Shown piece by piece: positions 1 through 10,306 of a stretch of 64,000 nt of DNA; within the stretch, counting starts at the first letter, position 1, and every line of letters begins with the position of its first letter. Where the stretch lies: contig CAVOYH010000001.1 in the NCBI GenBank assembly GCA_963700635.1, forward strand, positions 384,001-448,000, read 5' to 3'. Source of the DNA: an uncultured Bacteroidota bacterium (lineage in GTDB: Bacteria > Bacteroidota > Ignavibacteria > UBA10030 > UBA6906). The position numbers and the translations under genes were made by a program. The notes beneath the pieces are model-generated. The model saw only the letters and a program-made list of their open reading frames with translations. It did not search any database and was not told where the DNA came from.

Positions 1-2
1 TC

Positions 3-1505
3 GGATTAATCGGCACGGAGTTTATGACAGATTCCGACCGTGGTGAATTTGCCGTAAACATTGATCTGCCTCTCGGCACCACAATCGGGAAGACGGACTC
101 CACGGTAAAAGCGGTCGAGCGTGCCGTCGCGGCCATGCCCGAAGTGGAACGGTATCTCTCCACCGCAGGCAAACAGCAGAGCCAGTGGAAAAACGCCGAC
201 CAATCGAACCTCGGGCAGGTCCAGGTAAAACTGATCGACAAGCGGAAGAGGGCGCGTTCAACACAGGCCGTAATGATGGCGATCAAAAATCAGACGGCGG
301 GCATCCCGGGCCTGAAAACAAGTTTTAACACGATAAGCATGTGGGGTGCGGCGAACGAGTCCCCCGTTCAGATCGAGGTCATCGGCTCTGATCTTGAACA
401 GGTTGTCCGGTTTTCGGAATCGGTCGCAGACATCATAGCGCGGACAAAAGGCACGGCGGATGTAACGACGTCGTGGGAGGAGGGCAAGCCCGAAATCAAG
501 ATCGAAATCGACCGGGAAAAAAGTACACGGATGGGACTCACGCTTGCTGAAGTCGGGCTCGCCGTTCGGACCGCCATTGAAGGGGATATCCCGACGAAGT
601 ACCAGGAGGGTGAAACTGAATACGATGTGCGCGTTGTGCTCAATCGATCCGACCGCTCCCGTACGCGGGACGTGGGGAACATCTCCCTGGTGAATCACTA
701 CGGCCAGCCGGTTCGGTTGAGCCAGATTGCCACCATTTACCTGGGCAAGGGTCCCTCTGAAATTCAACGGAAAGACCGTGAACGTCTGGTCACCGTCGGA
801 GCAAATCTCTCGGGCGAAGTTCCGCTTGGCCAGGTCACGGAAGCCATCGAAAGAGAGATCACCGCCTCGGGTGTGCCTGCCGGCGTGCAGGTGTTCTACG
901 GTGGGGACAGCGAGAATATGCGTGATATGTTCAGCGACATGACCCTGGCGCTGAGTCTGGCCATTCTGTTTGTCTACATTATTATGGTGAGTCTTTTCGA
1001 GTCGTATGTGCACCCCTTCACCATCATGTTCTCGCTCCCGGTCGCCCTGGTCGGCGCGTTCGCGGGTCTGGCCCTCACCGGTGCCACACTCAACATGTTC
1101 AGTATGATCGGCATTGTGATGCTGATGGGGCTGGTGACAAAAAATGCCATCCTGCTGGTGGATTTCACCAACACGCTGCGGGAGCGTGGTTTGACTACAT
1201 ACGATGCGTTGTTGGAGGCCGGGAAAACCCGTCTGCGCCCGATTGTAATGACAACGGCGACCATGATCTGCGGCATGATGCCTCTTGCTCTTGCCCTGGG
1301 CGCCGGATCGGAAATGAGACAGGGGATGGCGATCGTGGTGGTGAGTGGATTGTTGAGCTCTACCCTGTTAACACTGCTCCTCGTTCCAGTGATATATAGT
1401 TATGTCGATGGGCTGCGGCATCGGGTTCCAGCCCTTTTCCAGCGCGTCACGTGGGCACGGTGGATGCCCTGGAAACAACGCGCTGCCGGTGCGACCGGAT
1501 CATAA
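3..1505 (+). CDS. RND efflux transporter permease subunit (AcrB/AcrD/AcrF family), 5'-truncated by the window edge
   Basis: Frame is open from base 3. C-terminal RND motifs LFESYVHPFTIMFSLPVA, GLVTKNAILLVDF and RLRPIVMTT are present. Confidence 0.93.
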   Translation, partial: GLIGTEFMTDSDRGEFAVNIDLPLGTTIGKTDSTVKAVERAVAAMPEVERYLSTAGKQQSQWKNADQSNLGQVQVKLIDKRKRARSTQAVMMAIKNQTAGIPGLKTSFNTISMWGAANESPVQIEVIGSDLEQVVRFSESVADIIARTKGTADVTTSWEEGKPEIKIEIDREKSTRMGLTLAEVGLAVRTAIEGDIPTKYQEGETEYDVRVVLNRSDRSRTRDVGNISLVNHYGQPVRLSQIATIYLGKGPSEIQRKDRERLVTVGANLSGEVPLGQVTEAIEREITASGVPAGVQVFYGGDSENMRDMFSDMTLALSLAILFVYIIMVSLFESYVHPFTIMFSLPVALVGAFAGLALTGATLNMFSMIGIVMLMGLVTKNAILLVDFTNTLRERGLTTYDALLEAGKTRLRPIVMTTATMICGMMPLALALGAGSEMRQGMAIVVVSGLLSSTLLTLLLVPVIYSYVDGLRHRVPALFQRVTWARWMPWKQRAAGATGS

Positions 1506-1510
1506 CATCG

Positions 1511-1539
1511 TTGATTTTGTTGGCGCCAGTTGGTAGCTT
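1511..1539 (+). promoter_or_regulatory. Putative sigma70 promoter for the PAP2-GH31 genes
   Basis: TTGATT (1511-1516), 17 bp spacer, TAGCTT (1534-1539) preceded by an extended -10 TG, just upstream of ATG 1555. Confidence 0.5.
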
Positions 1540-1554
1540 CTATGCGCAAAGCAT

Positions 1555-2244
1555 ATGACTTCCGAATCCATTACTACCAGCTGGCGCAACGCGTGGCGTG
1601 ATTCTACGTTCCGCGTCCGGACACTGATTACAGCCCCGCTTCTTGTTGCCACACTGGCGATCCTGGCGCGCTTCCTGGAGGGGATAGAAGAGCGGCAGGG
1701 GGTGGTGTTGTCCGACCCGGTACTCGGCCTTTTTACACCCGTTGATCTTACCTGGCTTACCTTTGCTCTCATTTACGCCGGTCTCTTCCTCGCCGTAGGG
1801 GTGCTCCTCGGCCATCCGCGTCGTTTACTCTTCGCATTCCAGGCGTACATCATTATGGCGGTGTTTCGTATTATCGTGATGGGACTCCTGCCCCTTGATC
1901 CGCCGCCGGCAATGATACCGCTGCAGGATCCCCTTGTAGAATTTTTTGGAACGGGAAAACTCCTCACCAGGGATCTTTTTTTCTCCGGCCACACGGCGAC
2001 GCTGTTCCTCCTTGTTCTGGTTTCGCCACGCGGACTATGGAAAGGTCTGTTTCTCGGCTGCACACTCCTGGTAGCAGCTGCGGTGCTGCTGCAACATGTA
2101 CACTATACGATTGACGTGTTCGCGGCGCCATTTTTTGCCTATGCCGCATTCAAGACTGCACAACGGTTGGGGGGAGGAGCCGACCCCGGTAACAACGGAG
2201 CGGGAGACCCTCCGCGAACGCAGGAAATCCTATCAAAGCACTGA
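1555..2244 (+). CDS. PAP2-superfamily membrane protein, sphingomyelin synthase-like (PAP2_C type)
   Basis: Multiple hydrophobic helices. DLFFSGHT and HVHYTIDV match the D3/D4 catalytic motifs of SMS/IPC-synthase-like phosphotransferases. Confidence 0.75.
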   Translation: MTSESITTSWRNAWRDSTFRVRTLITAPLLVATLAILARFLEGIEERQGVVLSDPVLGLFTPVDLTWLTFALIYAGLFLAVGVLLGHPRRLLFAFQAYIIMAVFRIIVMGLLPLDPPPAMIPLQDPLVEFFGTGKLLTRDLFFSGHTATLFLLVLVSPRGLWKGLFLGCTLLVAAAVLLQHVHYTIDVFAAPFFAYAAFKTAQRLGGGADPGNNGAGDPPRTQEILSKH

Positions 2245-2273
2245 ATGGACATCCGGTACTGACACAAGGAGCA

Positions 2274-4907
2274 GTGATGAAGAGAACATTCGGCCGGAGT
2301 ATCGGCCCCATCACGATAATCGTCGTCCTTTGCTCCATCATGCGTATTCCGGGGAGCGCGCAGGAAAACAACCCTGTCGCAGATTCCACGGCCATGCTTA
2401 CGAGCGGGGATGTGCGGATCACGGTACTTACACCCAGACTGTTACGTCTTGAGTGGACTCCGGGAGGCCACTTCGAGGACAATGCCTCGCTCGTTATCCT
2501 GAACCGCCGGCTCCCCGTTCCACGATTTACGGTTGAGCGTGGAGAGGGGTGGGTGATCGTGCGAACGGACTCCCTCACGCTGCGTTACCGGGAAAAATCG
2601 GGGAGATTCACAGACCAGAACCTCGCTATAACAGGGGGCCGCGGAACACAGGGTAACACTCTGGTCTGGAATCCGGGACTGAAGGACAGCACAAATCTCC
2701 ATGGCACAATCAGAACGCTTGACGGCGTCAAAGGTGCCACCGATCTGGAACCAGGGCTGCTTTCCCGCACGGGCTGGACGGTGCTTGATGATTCGGAGCG
2801 GCCACTTTTTGACAAGGGCGAGTGGCCCTGGGTGATGCCCCGTGTGCAGGGTGAACGGCAGGATCTGTACTTCTTCGGGTATGGCCACGACTATAAAGGA
2901 CTCCTTGGAGATTTTGTGAAGGTTGCCGGCCGTATCCCGATGCCCCCCCGGTTTGCATTCGGCACATGGTGGTCGCGCTACTGGTCATATACCGACAGCG
3001 AACTCAAAGAACTCGTCCGGGAATTCCGCCTGCATCACGTTCCCCTGGACGTGCTGGTGGTGGACATGGACTGGCATCTGACGTTTGACATGCGGTGGGA
3101 GAACGATGTGAAGGATCAGGCGGGTCAACGGCTCGGATGGACCGGCTATACATGGGATCGGAACTACTTCCCCGATCCGGACGGCTTCTTGCGGTGGTGT
3201 GAGCAACACGGACTCAAGACCACGCTGAATCTCCATCCTGCATCGGGAATTCAGCCGCACGAACAGCAGTACCCTGCCATGGCCAGGGCGATGGGCATAG
3301 ATCCCGCGACACAGACCTACGTGCCGTTTGACATCGTGGACCGGAAGTTTGCGGATAATTACCTGCAGCATGTTATTCATCCGCTTGAAGACCAGGGAGT
3401 GGATTTCTGGTGGCTGGACTGGCAGCAGTGGGGGACAACGAAGATTACCGGTGTAACGCCGACCTGGTGGTTAAACTATGTGTTCTTTACGGACATGGAA
3501 CGACGCGGCAGGAACCGTCCGTTACTTTTCCATCGTTGGGGTGGACTGGGGAATCACCGGTACCAGATAGGGTTTTCGGGTGATGCGATATCGGTATGGG
3601 AGTCGCTTGCCTTCCAGCCGTATTTTACCGCCACCGCCGCGAATGTGGGATTCGGCTACTGGAGCCACGACATCGGCGGGCATATGCCCGGAATCGTGAC
3701 GCCGGAATTGTATACACGCTGGATCCAGTTCGGGGTGTTCAGTCCGATTGTGCGCACGCATACAACAAAAAACCCCGACGCTGAACGCCGGATCTGGGCC
3801 TATCCTGATGCCTACTTCACGGTGATGCGCGATGCCTTCCGCCTGCGTTACGCACTTATTCCGTATCTCTACACCGAATCCCGGAAGACGTATGAAACCG
3901 GAATCTCACTCTGCCATCCGATGTACTATGAATACCCGCAGAGAGAAGAAGCGTACACATACACAGGGCAATACTTTTTCGGGGAAAACATGATCGTGGC
4001 GCCCGTAGCCACACCTCTTGATGAAACCGATCAGCTGGCGAAGAAGGAGATCTGGATCCCTCCGGGAGAATGGATCGAATGGCAGACCGGCGCACGACTC
4101 ACCGGCCCTCGCGTGTACGGCCGTTCGTACACACTCGAAGAAGTGCCGGTGTTCGTCAGGTCGGGGTCCATTATCCCCATGCAGCCGGATATGTTGTACA
4201 CCGGAGAAAAGCCGGTGGATCCTCTCATTCTGGAGATCTTTCCCGGCAGGGAAGGGAGGGTCAGGGTGTATGAAGATCAGGGCAACTCCGTCGCCTACCG
4301 GAAGGGTGAAGGCGCGTGGACCCCGGTACGCATGCAGACGGATGCCGGCGGTGAGATCCGGGTTACCATCGAGCCGCGGGAGGGGAAATATCCGGGAATG
4401 TTGGCGGGAAGAGCATATGAAGTCCGGTTCGTCAATACACTGCCGGTCTTCACCGTTGAGTTGGACGGACGCATCCTCGAACGGACGGACGGGGGCGGGA
4501 ATGCGGGATGGCGGTATGACGGTGAGCACACAACATTGGTAGTGAGATCACAGCGGATTCCGGCCGGCGATGGCCTGGAGATAGTCCTGACGCCGGCAAA
4601 GGTGACAGAGCGGGCTCAGCAGCAGATGGTTGAAGGCATTCCGGGGGCATTGCGCAGACTCCGGAAGGTGATGGATCTGTTGAACAGCCAATGGCCCAAA
4701 GAATGGTCCTCGGGTGATCTGGTGGCGGCGGTACAAACCGGGAACCGGATGACGATGCAACCGGCGCAGGCCGGAGTGGAACTGGCGGCATTGCGGAAAA
4801 GGCTGGACGTTTCCCTTCGTCAGCTTTCGGAGATGAAGATCACCGACAGTATCCGGACGAGGGCCACGCTCTTGCTCCGGGAAGCCCGGGCGCTCGTAAA
4901 CCCTTGA
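2274..4907 (+). CDS. Glycoside hydrolase family 31 (GH31_u1-like alpha-glucosidase) with signal peptide and DUF5110-type C-terminal domain
   Basis: WWSRYW, VVDMDWH, nucleophile motif FWWLDWQQ, FSGD, WSHDIGGH, RWIQFGVFSPIVRTH and LRYALIPYLY; N-terminal signal peptide. Confidence 0.9.
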   Translation: MMKRTFGRSIGPITIIVVLCSIMRIPGSAQENNPVADSTAMLTSGDVRITVLTPRLLRLEWTPGGHFEDNASLVILNRRLPVPRFTVERGEGWVIVRTDSLTLRYREKSGRFTDQNLAITGGRGTQGNTLVWNPGLKDSTNLHGTIRTLDGVKGATDLEPGLLSRTGWTVLDDSERPLFDKGEWPWVMPRVQGERQDLYFFGYGHDYKGLLGDFVKVAGRIPMPPRFAFGTWWSRYWSYTDSELKELVREFRLHHVPLDVLVVDMDWHLTFDMRWENDVKDQAGQRLGWTGYTWDRNYFPDPDGFLRWCEQHGLKTTLNLHPASGIQPHEQQYPAMARAMGIDPATQTYVPFDIVDRKFADNYLQHVIHPLEDQGVDFWWLDWQQWGTTKITGVTPTWWLNYVFFTDMERRGRNRPLLFHRWGGLGNHRYQIGFSGDAISVWESLAFQPYFTATAANVGFGYWSHDIGGHMPGIVTPELYTRWIQFGVFSPIVRTHTTKNPDAERRIWAYPDAYFTVMRDAFRLRYALIPYLYTESRKTYETGISLCHPMYYEYPQREEAYTYTGQYFFGENMIVAPVATPLDETDQLAKKEIWIPPGEWIEWQTGARLTGPRVYGRSYTLEEVPVFVRSGSIIPMQPDMLYTGEKPVDPLILEIFPGREGRVRVYEDQGNSVAYRKGEGAWTPVRMQTDAGGEIRVTIEPREGKYPGMLAGRAYEVRFVNTLPVFTVELDGRILERTDGGGNAGWRYDGEHTTLVVRSQRIPAGDGLEIVLTPAKVTERAQQQMVEGIPGALRRLRKVMDLLNSQWPKEWSSGDLVAAVQTGNRMTMQPAQAGVELAALRKRLDVSLRQLSEMKITDSIRTRATLLLREARALVNP

Positions 4908-4957
4908 CACGAATCCCCAATAACGTTCTGGATGTTTCATTTTTATGAGGAGTTTCC

Positions 4958-5701
4958 TTGGACTGGCTCGCACAACCTGAAACCTGGATAGCGTTGCTGA
5001 CCCTGACAGCGCTGGAGATTGTGTTAGGGATAGACAATATCATTTTTATCTCGATACTTGCCGGAAAGTTGCCCGAGCACGAGCAGCGCAAGGGCCGTTC
5101 GCTCGGACTGGCCATGGCGATGATCACGCGCATACTCCTTCTGTTGTCGATTTCCTGGATCATGCGGCTCACCGAGCCATGGTTTGCAGTCTTCGGGCAG
5201 GCGATCTCGGGGCGGGATCTGATTCTTTTAGCAGGTGGACTGTTCTTGATCGCGAAGAGTACGCATGAGATTCATGACAAGCTGGAGGGGCCGGCCACGA
5301 CCGGCGGAAAGGTGCGGTCGGTGGCGACATTCAGGGGGGTGATCCTGCAGATCATGATTCTGGATATTGTGTTCTCGCTGGATTCCGTCATCACAGCCGT
5401 GGGGATGGCGAATCAGGTGGCCGTCATGATTGCCGCGATTGTGATAGCGGTCGGGGTGATGATGGTTTCGGCGGGATCGGTGTCAGATTTTGTGCACCGG
5501 CATCCCACGGTGAAAATGCTGGCGCTCAGTTTCTTGTTGTTGATCGGCGTGACGCTGGTCGTGGAAGCATTTCACCAGCATATTCCGAAGGGATACATCT
5601 ATTTTGCGATGGCATTTTCGGTATTTGTGGAGATGTTGAATATCCGGATACGGAAGGGACAGGTGGAACCGGTGGAGCTGAGGGACAAGCCGAAGGCATA
5701 A
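4958..5701 (+). CDS. TerC family integral membrane protein
   Basis: TTG start after GAGGAG. Motifs LEIVLGIDNIIFI, DIVFSLDSVITAVG and KGYIYFAMAFS. Confidence 0.92.
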   Translation: MDWLAQPETWIALLTLTALEIVLGIDNIIFISILAGKLPEHEQRKGRSLGLAMAMITRILLLLSISWIMRLTEPWFAVFGQAISGRDLILLAGGLFLIAKSTHEIHDKLEGPATTGGKVRSVATFRGVILQIMILDIVFSLDSVITAVGMANQVAVMIAAIVIAVGVMMVSAGSVSDFVHRHPTVKMLALSFLLLIGVTLVVEAFHQHIPKGYIYFAMAFSVFVEMLNIRIRKGQVEPVELRDKPKA

Positions 5702-5787
5702 GCGGGGGGTGTGTGTGGTGTGCGGGCGGGAGGGGTTGGGGCAGGCCTGTGAAGGGGCGGTGAGCGTATGCATGGGGCGGGGCAATG

Positions 5788-5816
5788 TTGATTCTGGAGA
5801 TGGAATTCCATACATT
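5788..5816 (+). promoter_or_regulatory. Putative sigma70 promoter of tRNA-Thr
   Basis: TTGATT (5788-5793), 17 bp spacer, TACATT (5811-5816), ending 14 bp before the tRNA. Confidence 0.6.
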
Positions 5817-5830
5817 TCTTTTTACGCATT

Positions 5831-5903
5831 GCTGGCGTAGCTCAGCTGGTAGAGCAGCTGATTCGTAATCAGCAGGTCGACGGTTCAAATCCGCCCGCCA
5901 GCT
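5831..5903 (+). tRNA. tRNA-Thr(CGT)
   Basis: Cloverleaf: acceptor GCTGGCG/CGCCAGC, D-arm GCTC..GAGC, anticodon arm GCTGA-TT-CGT-AA-TCAGC (CGT at 5864-5866), T-loop TTCAAAT. CCA is not encoded. Confidence 0.96.
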
Positions 5904-6005
5904 CAAAATCGGCAGTTTTGGTCTTGCTGACCGTGTGAAGTGTGAGTAGTTTGCTGTCACTTCCCTCCCTGTTATGAGTGACTCTCTCCGCAACGAGAGT
6001 GCATC

Positions 6006-6087
6006 ATGGCATCCCTCTCAAAAGGGCAACGGCGTGTAACACGTTGCTATCGACCTCGACGGCAAGCGCCCGTATCAGTTGACCTGA
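6006..6087 (+). pseudogene. Possible relic of a tyrosine integrase N-terminus
   Basis: MASLSK followed, after a frame change, by GNGV*HVAIDLDGKR. This resembles arm-binding N-termini of phage/ICE integrases and lies about 100 bp downstream of the tRNA. Confidence 0.3.
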
Positions 6088-6438
6088 CCCCCGAAACTCG
6101 GTCCAAGATTTTGTAGACAAAAATGTTATCTGGTACTTGCGCCCATCCCGGATCGCATGTTTATGCAGGACGAAGTATTGAAAAAGGCCACGGAATGCAG
6201 GGAGCTTGCAATAGTCGTATTTCCAAGTTATTATTGATCAATAATGTACCTTTCGGAGGGGGCGTGCCTGCCTACGTCCACGCAGCCTGGACCGCACGGT
6301 CGTTTGACCGTATCGTCCACAGAACGTCCCGCTCTAGAGTCATACGATGCGAAGTCCGCCTCCACTCGGGGGCGGGTTAAGCTACAAACGAACGTCGGAA
6401 GGCCAAACCTGAAGTGAGACTTTCTCACGGCCGCGTCT

Positions 6439-7456
6439 TTGGCGCACGGGTCCTCCTCAAGAAGGTTCTTTTTCTCGTTTCTGCTGTTGCTGATTGTTGT
6501 TTGTGCCTCTGAACTCCTCCTTCGCGCGTTCTACGTTCAAAGAAACACCACCCTTCAATTGGCTCTTGATTACTATTTCAATGGGGTGGTAACTCGCTAT
6601 TTTGAGCTGACGACCCGTATCGGCATTTTCGCTCGAGATTCTACGTTTGGTTTCTCACATACTCCGGATGCGCAAGGCCGGCACAGACGGTTGGACTTCG
6701 ACGTATTGTATACGATAGGACATGATAAGGAACGACCGGTGCCTCCTCCACCAGCACCTTTGGGACGCGTTCTGTTTGTTGGTTGTTCATTTACTTTTGG
6801 ATACGGCGTTGATGATGACAAGCCATTCCCTGCCATCCTGGGCGACGAAGTACTGGCCGAACTGGGCTATTGTGAATAAGGCGACCCTCGCATGGGGAAC
6901 TTCACACGCATATCTTATGGTATCCCGGGAGACTGAAGGGGTACCACTCCCATCGGCTGTTGTCTACAGTATGATCCCGGATCATATATCACGCAACTAC
7001 ATCCGCAAGAGTTGGTTGCGAGAGCTCTCCAGATTTGACAGGGAGCAGCCTCATTTCGAGATTATAGATGGGAAACTCGCATTTCAGGGCGTTGTCGGCA
7101 TCGAGCAGGGGATGGAAGACAGTCCAGAACTCCGACAGAAGGAGCTTGGACTGACGAATGCCTTCCTCGTAGGGATGCAGACTCGGTGCGCAGAAAAGAG
7201 TGTTCCTCTTTTTGTTGTCCTGTTGTCAAAGTCAGACTGGCCACCGGTGATTATCAAGACTCTGGTTGAAAATCAGATCCACTATCTTGATCTCTCAGAG
7301 ACCAAGATCGATTACTTTCCTCACGATTCTCATCCGAACGAGTCCGGTCACAGACAGATAGCAGCCGCCATAGCTAACTCGTTCATCAATACCGAGATCC
7401 TGCGGTTGGAAGCGAACCTGTTTCATCCCGGCGAGGGAACTTCGGTTAAACGCTGA
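6439..7456 (+). CDS. Membrane-anchored SGNH/GDSL hydrolase-like protein, split by a +1 frameshift at ~6840-6842
   Basis: ORF 6439-6879 has an N-terminal TM and GCSFTFG (block I). ORF 6722-7456 has WGT and DSHPN (block V). Removing one G from GGG 6840-6842 joins them (PAILATKYWPNW). Confidence 0.75.
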
Positions 7457-7755
7457 GTTCAGAGGTTTCGCCCCGCTCTTCGAACCCTCCTTTGCGCATC
7501 GTCTCACGATCCCCATGCTCTCCTCCGCATTCGCGTACCCTGAAATCTCCTCCCTGACACTTGGCGTCCAGATTCTTCGGAACAAGAACACCTCTCCCGT
7601 ACGTTACTAAAATAGCGTCCTTGTTCTTTCCCACATCAATGATCCGGGCATCTTTTCCCGATCTCCCCGTGGAGTCAGGATGCTATGGTTACGGCGACTG
7701 TGACTGCCGGCAGTCGGACTCTCACCCAAGCAATAACCAGACTTCGGAGGATGAG

Positions 7756-10161
7756 ATGAATGCGAAAAGAGCCATCCGCAGTTCCGTGTATGTTGCCTTC
7801 CTCATTGCCATCACCGTACTATCGCACGCGCCCGCAGCACCCCAGACTCAACCCCCAGACGATCGAGGGAGATCGGCTTCCCTGGTTGAGGTTGTCAACA
7901 CTTCCCGCATTTCGAGCGTCTACGGTGAGTCCGTGGAATCACTTCCCGTGAACAATCGATCCGTACTCGAGCTGCTGAGCGTGACGAATCGCGACCTCTA
8001 TACACTCCCGAACCCAGACAGCGTGGCGCAGGCGAGCTGGCGGTACCGCAGAATTCAACGCCCGTCTGACCCGGAAGACAGGATCTCGTGTATCACGTCG
8101 TTGCGGGGGGAAACCGGTGACGTCTCTACAAAATACCTGATGTGGCAAAGCGGGGAGGTGGAAAAGATTGAGATCCTCCGCGACGCATCCGTCACATCCA
8201 ACTTCCTGGCACGGTTGCCGCTGGCCTCGTCTGAAACGCCGGTGCACATCGCGGCCATGGTTACTCCACCGGGATATTCGGCAAACGTCATTTCGGTCTT
8301 AACGTCAAGCCGTTTGTTCCGTTCGACGGACGACGGACAACAATGGGGAGTCGTGGACGACACAGGGCTCCCGGGCGGTACAAAGAACTATTTCTCCCAC
8401 CATTATCCGTCGACATATATTCTCGCCCACAGCAACGGTCTCTACCTCCGGAATATGTTCGGAACGTCATGGTCGCCCGTTCCGTATTTTGGAACACGAA
8501 CGATGCATCAGGTGTACGTTGACAGGCTCAACCGGATATTTGTGCCTGACGGCAACAAGCTGCTCACGAGCACAAATAATACCTTCAGCTGGACAGCCAT
8601 CGACAGCGGCAAGGGTTTTATCCCGAATCTCACGATCTGGGGAGATGACGACAAGAACAACATCTATGCGTCGGACGGCTACAACGCCTGGAAGTTCGCC
8701 GACGGCACTGGCGCCAGCGTGAGAATTGACCACCACCTGACAGACAAGTTTTATGACTCATTCCCGTCGAGTCCGGTCATCAATAGCATCGGAGGAGAAA
8801 GCCATGTGTATATCGGCTCAAAGTTCGGCTCATTCCGGCTCCAACCTGATACCACGTGGGAAGATCTTATTGATGGGATCAAGTCGCGCCACTTCAACGG
8901 CATGATAGAGTTCCCGTCAGGGAAACAGATGGTCAGCAACAATCTCGGGCTCGTGGCCCGGGTCTCAAAATTTGATAGCATATTCGTCAAGGCGTGGCCG
9001 CCGAAGTATGTTCCGTACCCGCCGTTGTTCGGTGACAAATCGGGCAACGCCTATACGCTTGGCCTGCGGTTGGACCCCTTCAATAGCCAGAGTCTCAGGA
9101 TCAATTTCAAGAGTACGGACGCCGGTGTGACCTTCACGCCGGACACAGCCGGCTTGTCAGCGATCGGCGCTGGCACTTCGCAGCTCTATAGTGTCACTGC
9201 CGACGGCACCCAGTGGTATGCGGGCGTTGGCTTTGCCTGTCTGCTGAATTCGAAGTTGAGCGGAAATCCGTGGGTGCCGGAATACGATGGAATCGGGAAT
9301 CTCCCGACGTACGCGCCCTTCGCGCTGGGCAGCGCTGGCAACAGATATTACTTTGCCGCCTACGACATGTCAACGTATCAAGGCGCCGTATGGAGTCGTG
9401 GAAAGTCTGAGACTCAGTGGGAAACTGACACGATAGGAATCGGCAGGTATAACGTCAGTACATTTTCATCGATGCGCGACGGATCCCCACTGGCGGGGAC
9501 GTATTATGCTGGTCTATGGCGTTACGGGCCATTTCCTTTCAAGCAGGGTGTGCAGTCGGCCTCCGCTGCAAAGACGAGCGCTGCGGGGGCGTGGACCTGG
9601 ATACCTTCTCCCCCGGGGCTCGAAAACGCAAGCGTGTTCACCGCAAGTGTTGATTCCGGCGGGGCGATCATTGCCGCCTTCACTGGTTTCACCGGGACGG
9701 GCTTTGTGGGCCGCGGGGTATACGTCACGCTGGATACCGGTGCGACATGGATCGCTGCCGGGTTGGATAGTATCTTCATCAGGAAGCTTTCTTCCTACGG
9801 CACAACCACGTACGTGTCCACCTTCGATCGCGGGCTGTTCAAGATTGAGAGAGGGACTGCCACTTCTGTTGAAATCTCGTCTGCCGAACCGGCGGCATTT
9901 GGTCTGGATCAGAATTATCCCAATCCGTTCAATCCGGCAACCAGAATCGGCTATCACTTTTCAGGTCCGGGTCCGACCTGGGTGAAGCTCGTTGTGTTTG
10001 ACCTGCTCGGAAGAGAATTGGTGACCCTGGTGAACGAACTAAAACTGCCGGGAGCATACAGCGTACCATTCGAAGGGTCGAACCTCTCGAGCGGCGCATA
10101 TTTTTACAGGCTCCAGGCGGGGAACACCGTCCTGACGCGCAAGCTCGTTTTGTTGCGATAA
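7756..10161 (+). CDS. T9SS type-A-CTD secreted protein with BNR/Asp-box beta-propeller repeats
   Basis: ATG 7756 after GGAGG; signal peptide; repeats RSTDDGQQW, KSTDAGVTF and VTLDTGATW; CTD LDQNYPNPFNP...YFYRL...RKLVLLR. Confidence 0.82.
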   Translation: MNAKRAIRSSVYVAFLIAITVLSHAPAAPQTQPPDDRGRSASLVEVVNTSRISSVYGESVESLPVNNRSVLELLSVTNRDLYTLPNPDSVAQASWRYRRIQRPSDPEDRISCITSLRGETGDVSTKYLMWQSGEVEKIEILRDASVTSNFLARLPLASSETPVHIAAMVTPPGYSANVISVLTSSRLFRSTDDGQQWGVVDDTGLPGGTKNYFSHHYPSTYILAHSNGLYLRNMFGTSWSPVPYFGTRTMHQVYVDRLNRIFVPDGNKLLTSTNNTFSWTAIDSGKGFIPNLTIWGDDDKNNIYASDGYNAWKFADGTGASVRIDHHLTDKFYDSFPSSPVINSIGGESHVYIGSKFGSFRLQPDTTWEDLIDGIKSRHFNGMIEFPSGKQMVSNNLGLVARVSKFDSIFVKAWPPKYVPYPPLFGDKSGNAYTLGLRLDPFNSQSLRINFKSTDAGVTFTPDTAGLSAIGAGTSQLYSVTADGTQWYAGVGFACLLNSKLSGNPWVPEYDGIGNLPTYAPFALGSAGNRYYFAAYDMSTYQGAVWSRGKSETQWETDTIGIGRYNVSTFSSMRDGSPLAGTYYAGLWRYGPFPFKQGVQSASAAKTSAAGAWTWIPSPPGLENASVFTASVDSGGAIIAAFTGFTGTGFVGRGVYVTLDTGATWIAAGLDSIFIRKLSSYGTTTYVSTFDRGLFKIERGTATSVEISSAEPAAFGLDQNYPNPFNPATRIGYHFSGPGPTWVKLVVFDLLGRELVTLVNELKLPGAYSVPFEGSNLSSGAYFYRLQAGNTVLTRKLVLLR

Positions 10162-10306
10162 CGAATCACTTCTCGAGAGCCTCATTGCTATTGAAGTACC
10201 AAGTTGCTATCGTGAAAATGTTCACCCTGTGTTGACACAGCTACTGTGCTGACGGGCGCGGAATGATGGTGCTGTACTCACTTACCACCAGTCCTGAGGA
10301 GGAGAG

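Noticed and set aside
4908-4957. yybP-ykoY (Mn) riboswitch before terC
   Set aside because: Only 50 bp of intergenic space and no recognisable motif.
5526-5993. 155-aa minus-strand ORF
   Set aside because: Shadow of tRNA-Thr (the WRADLNRRPADYESAALPAELRQ segment is the antisense tRNA) and of the terC end.
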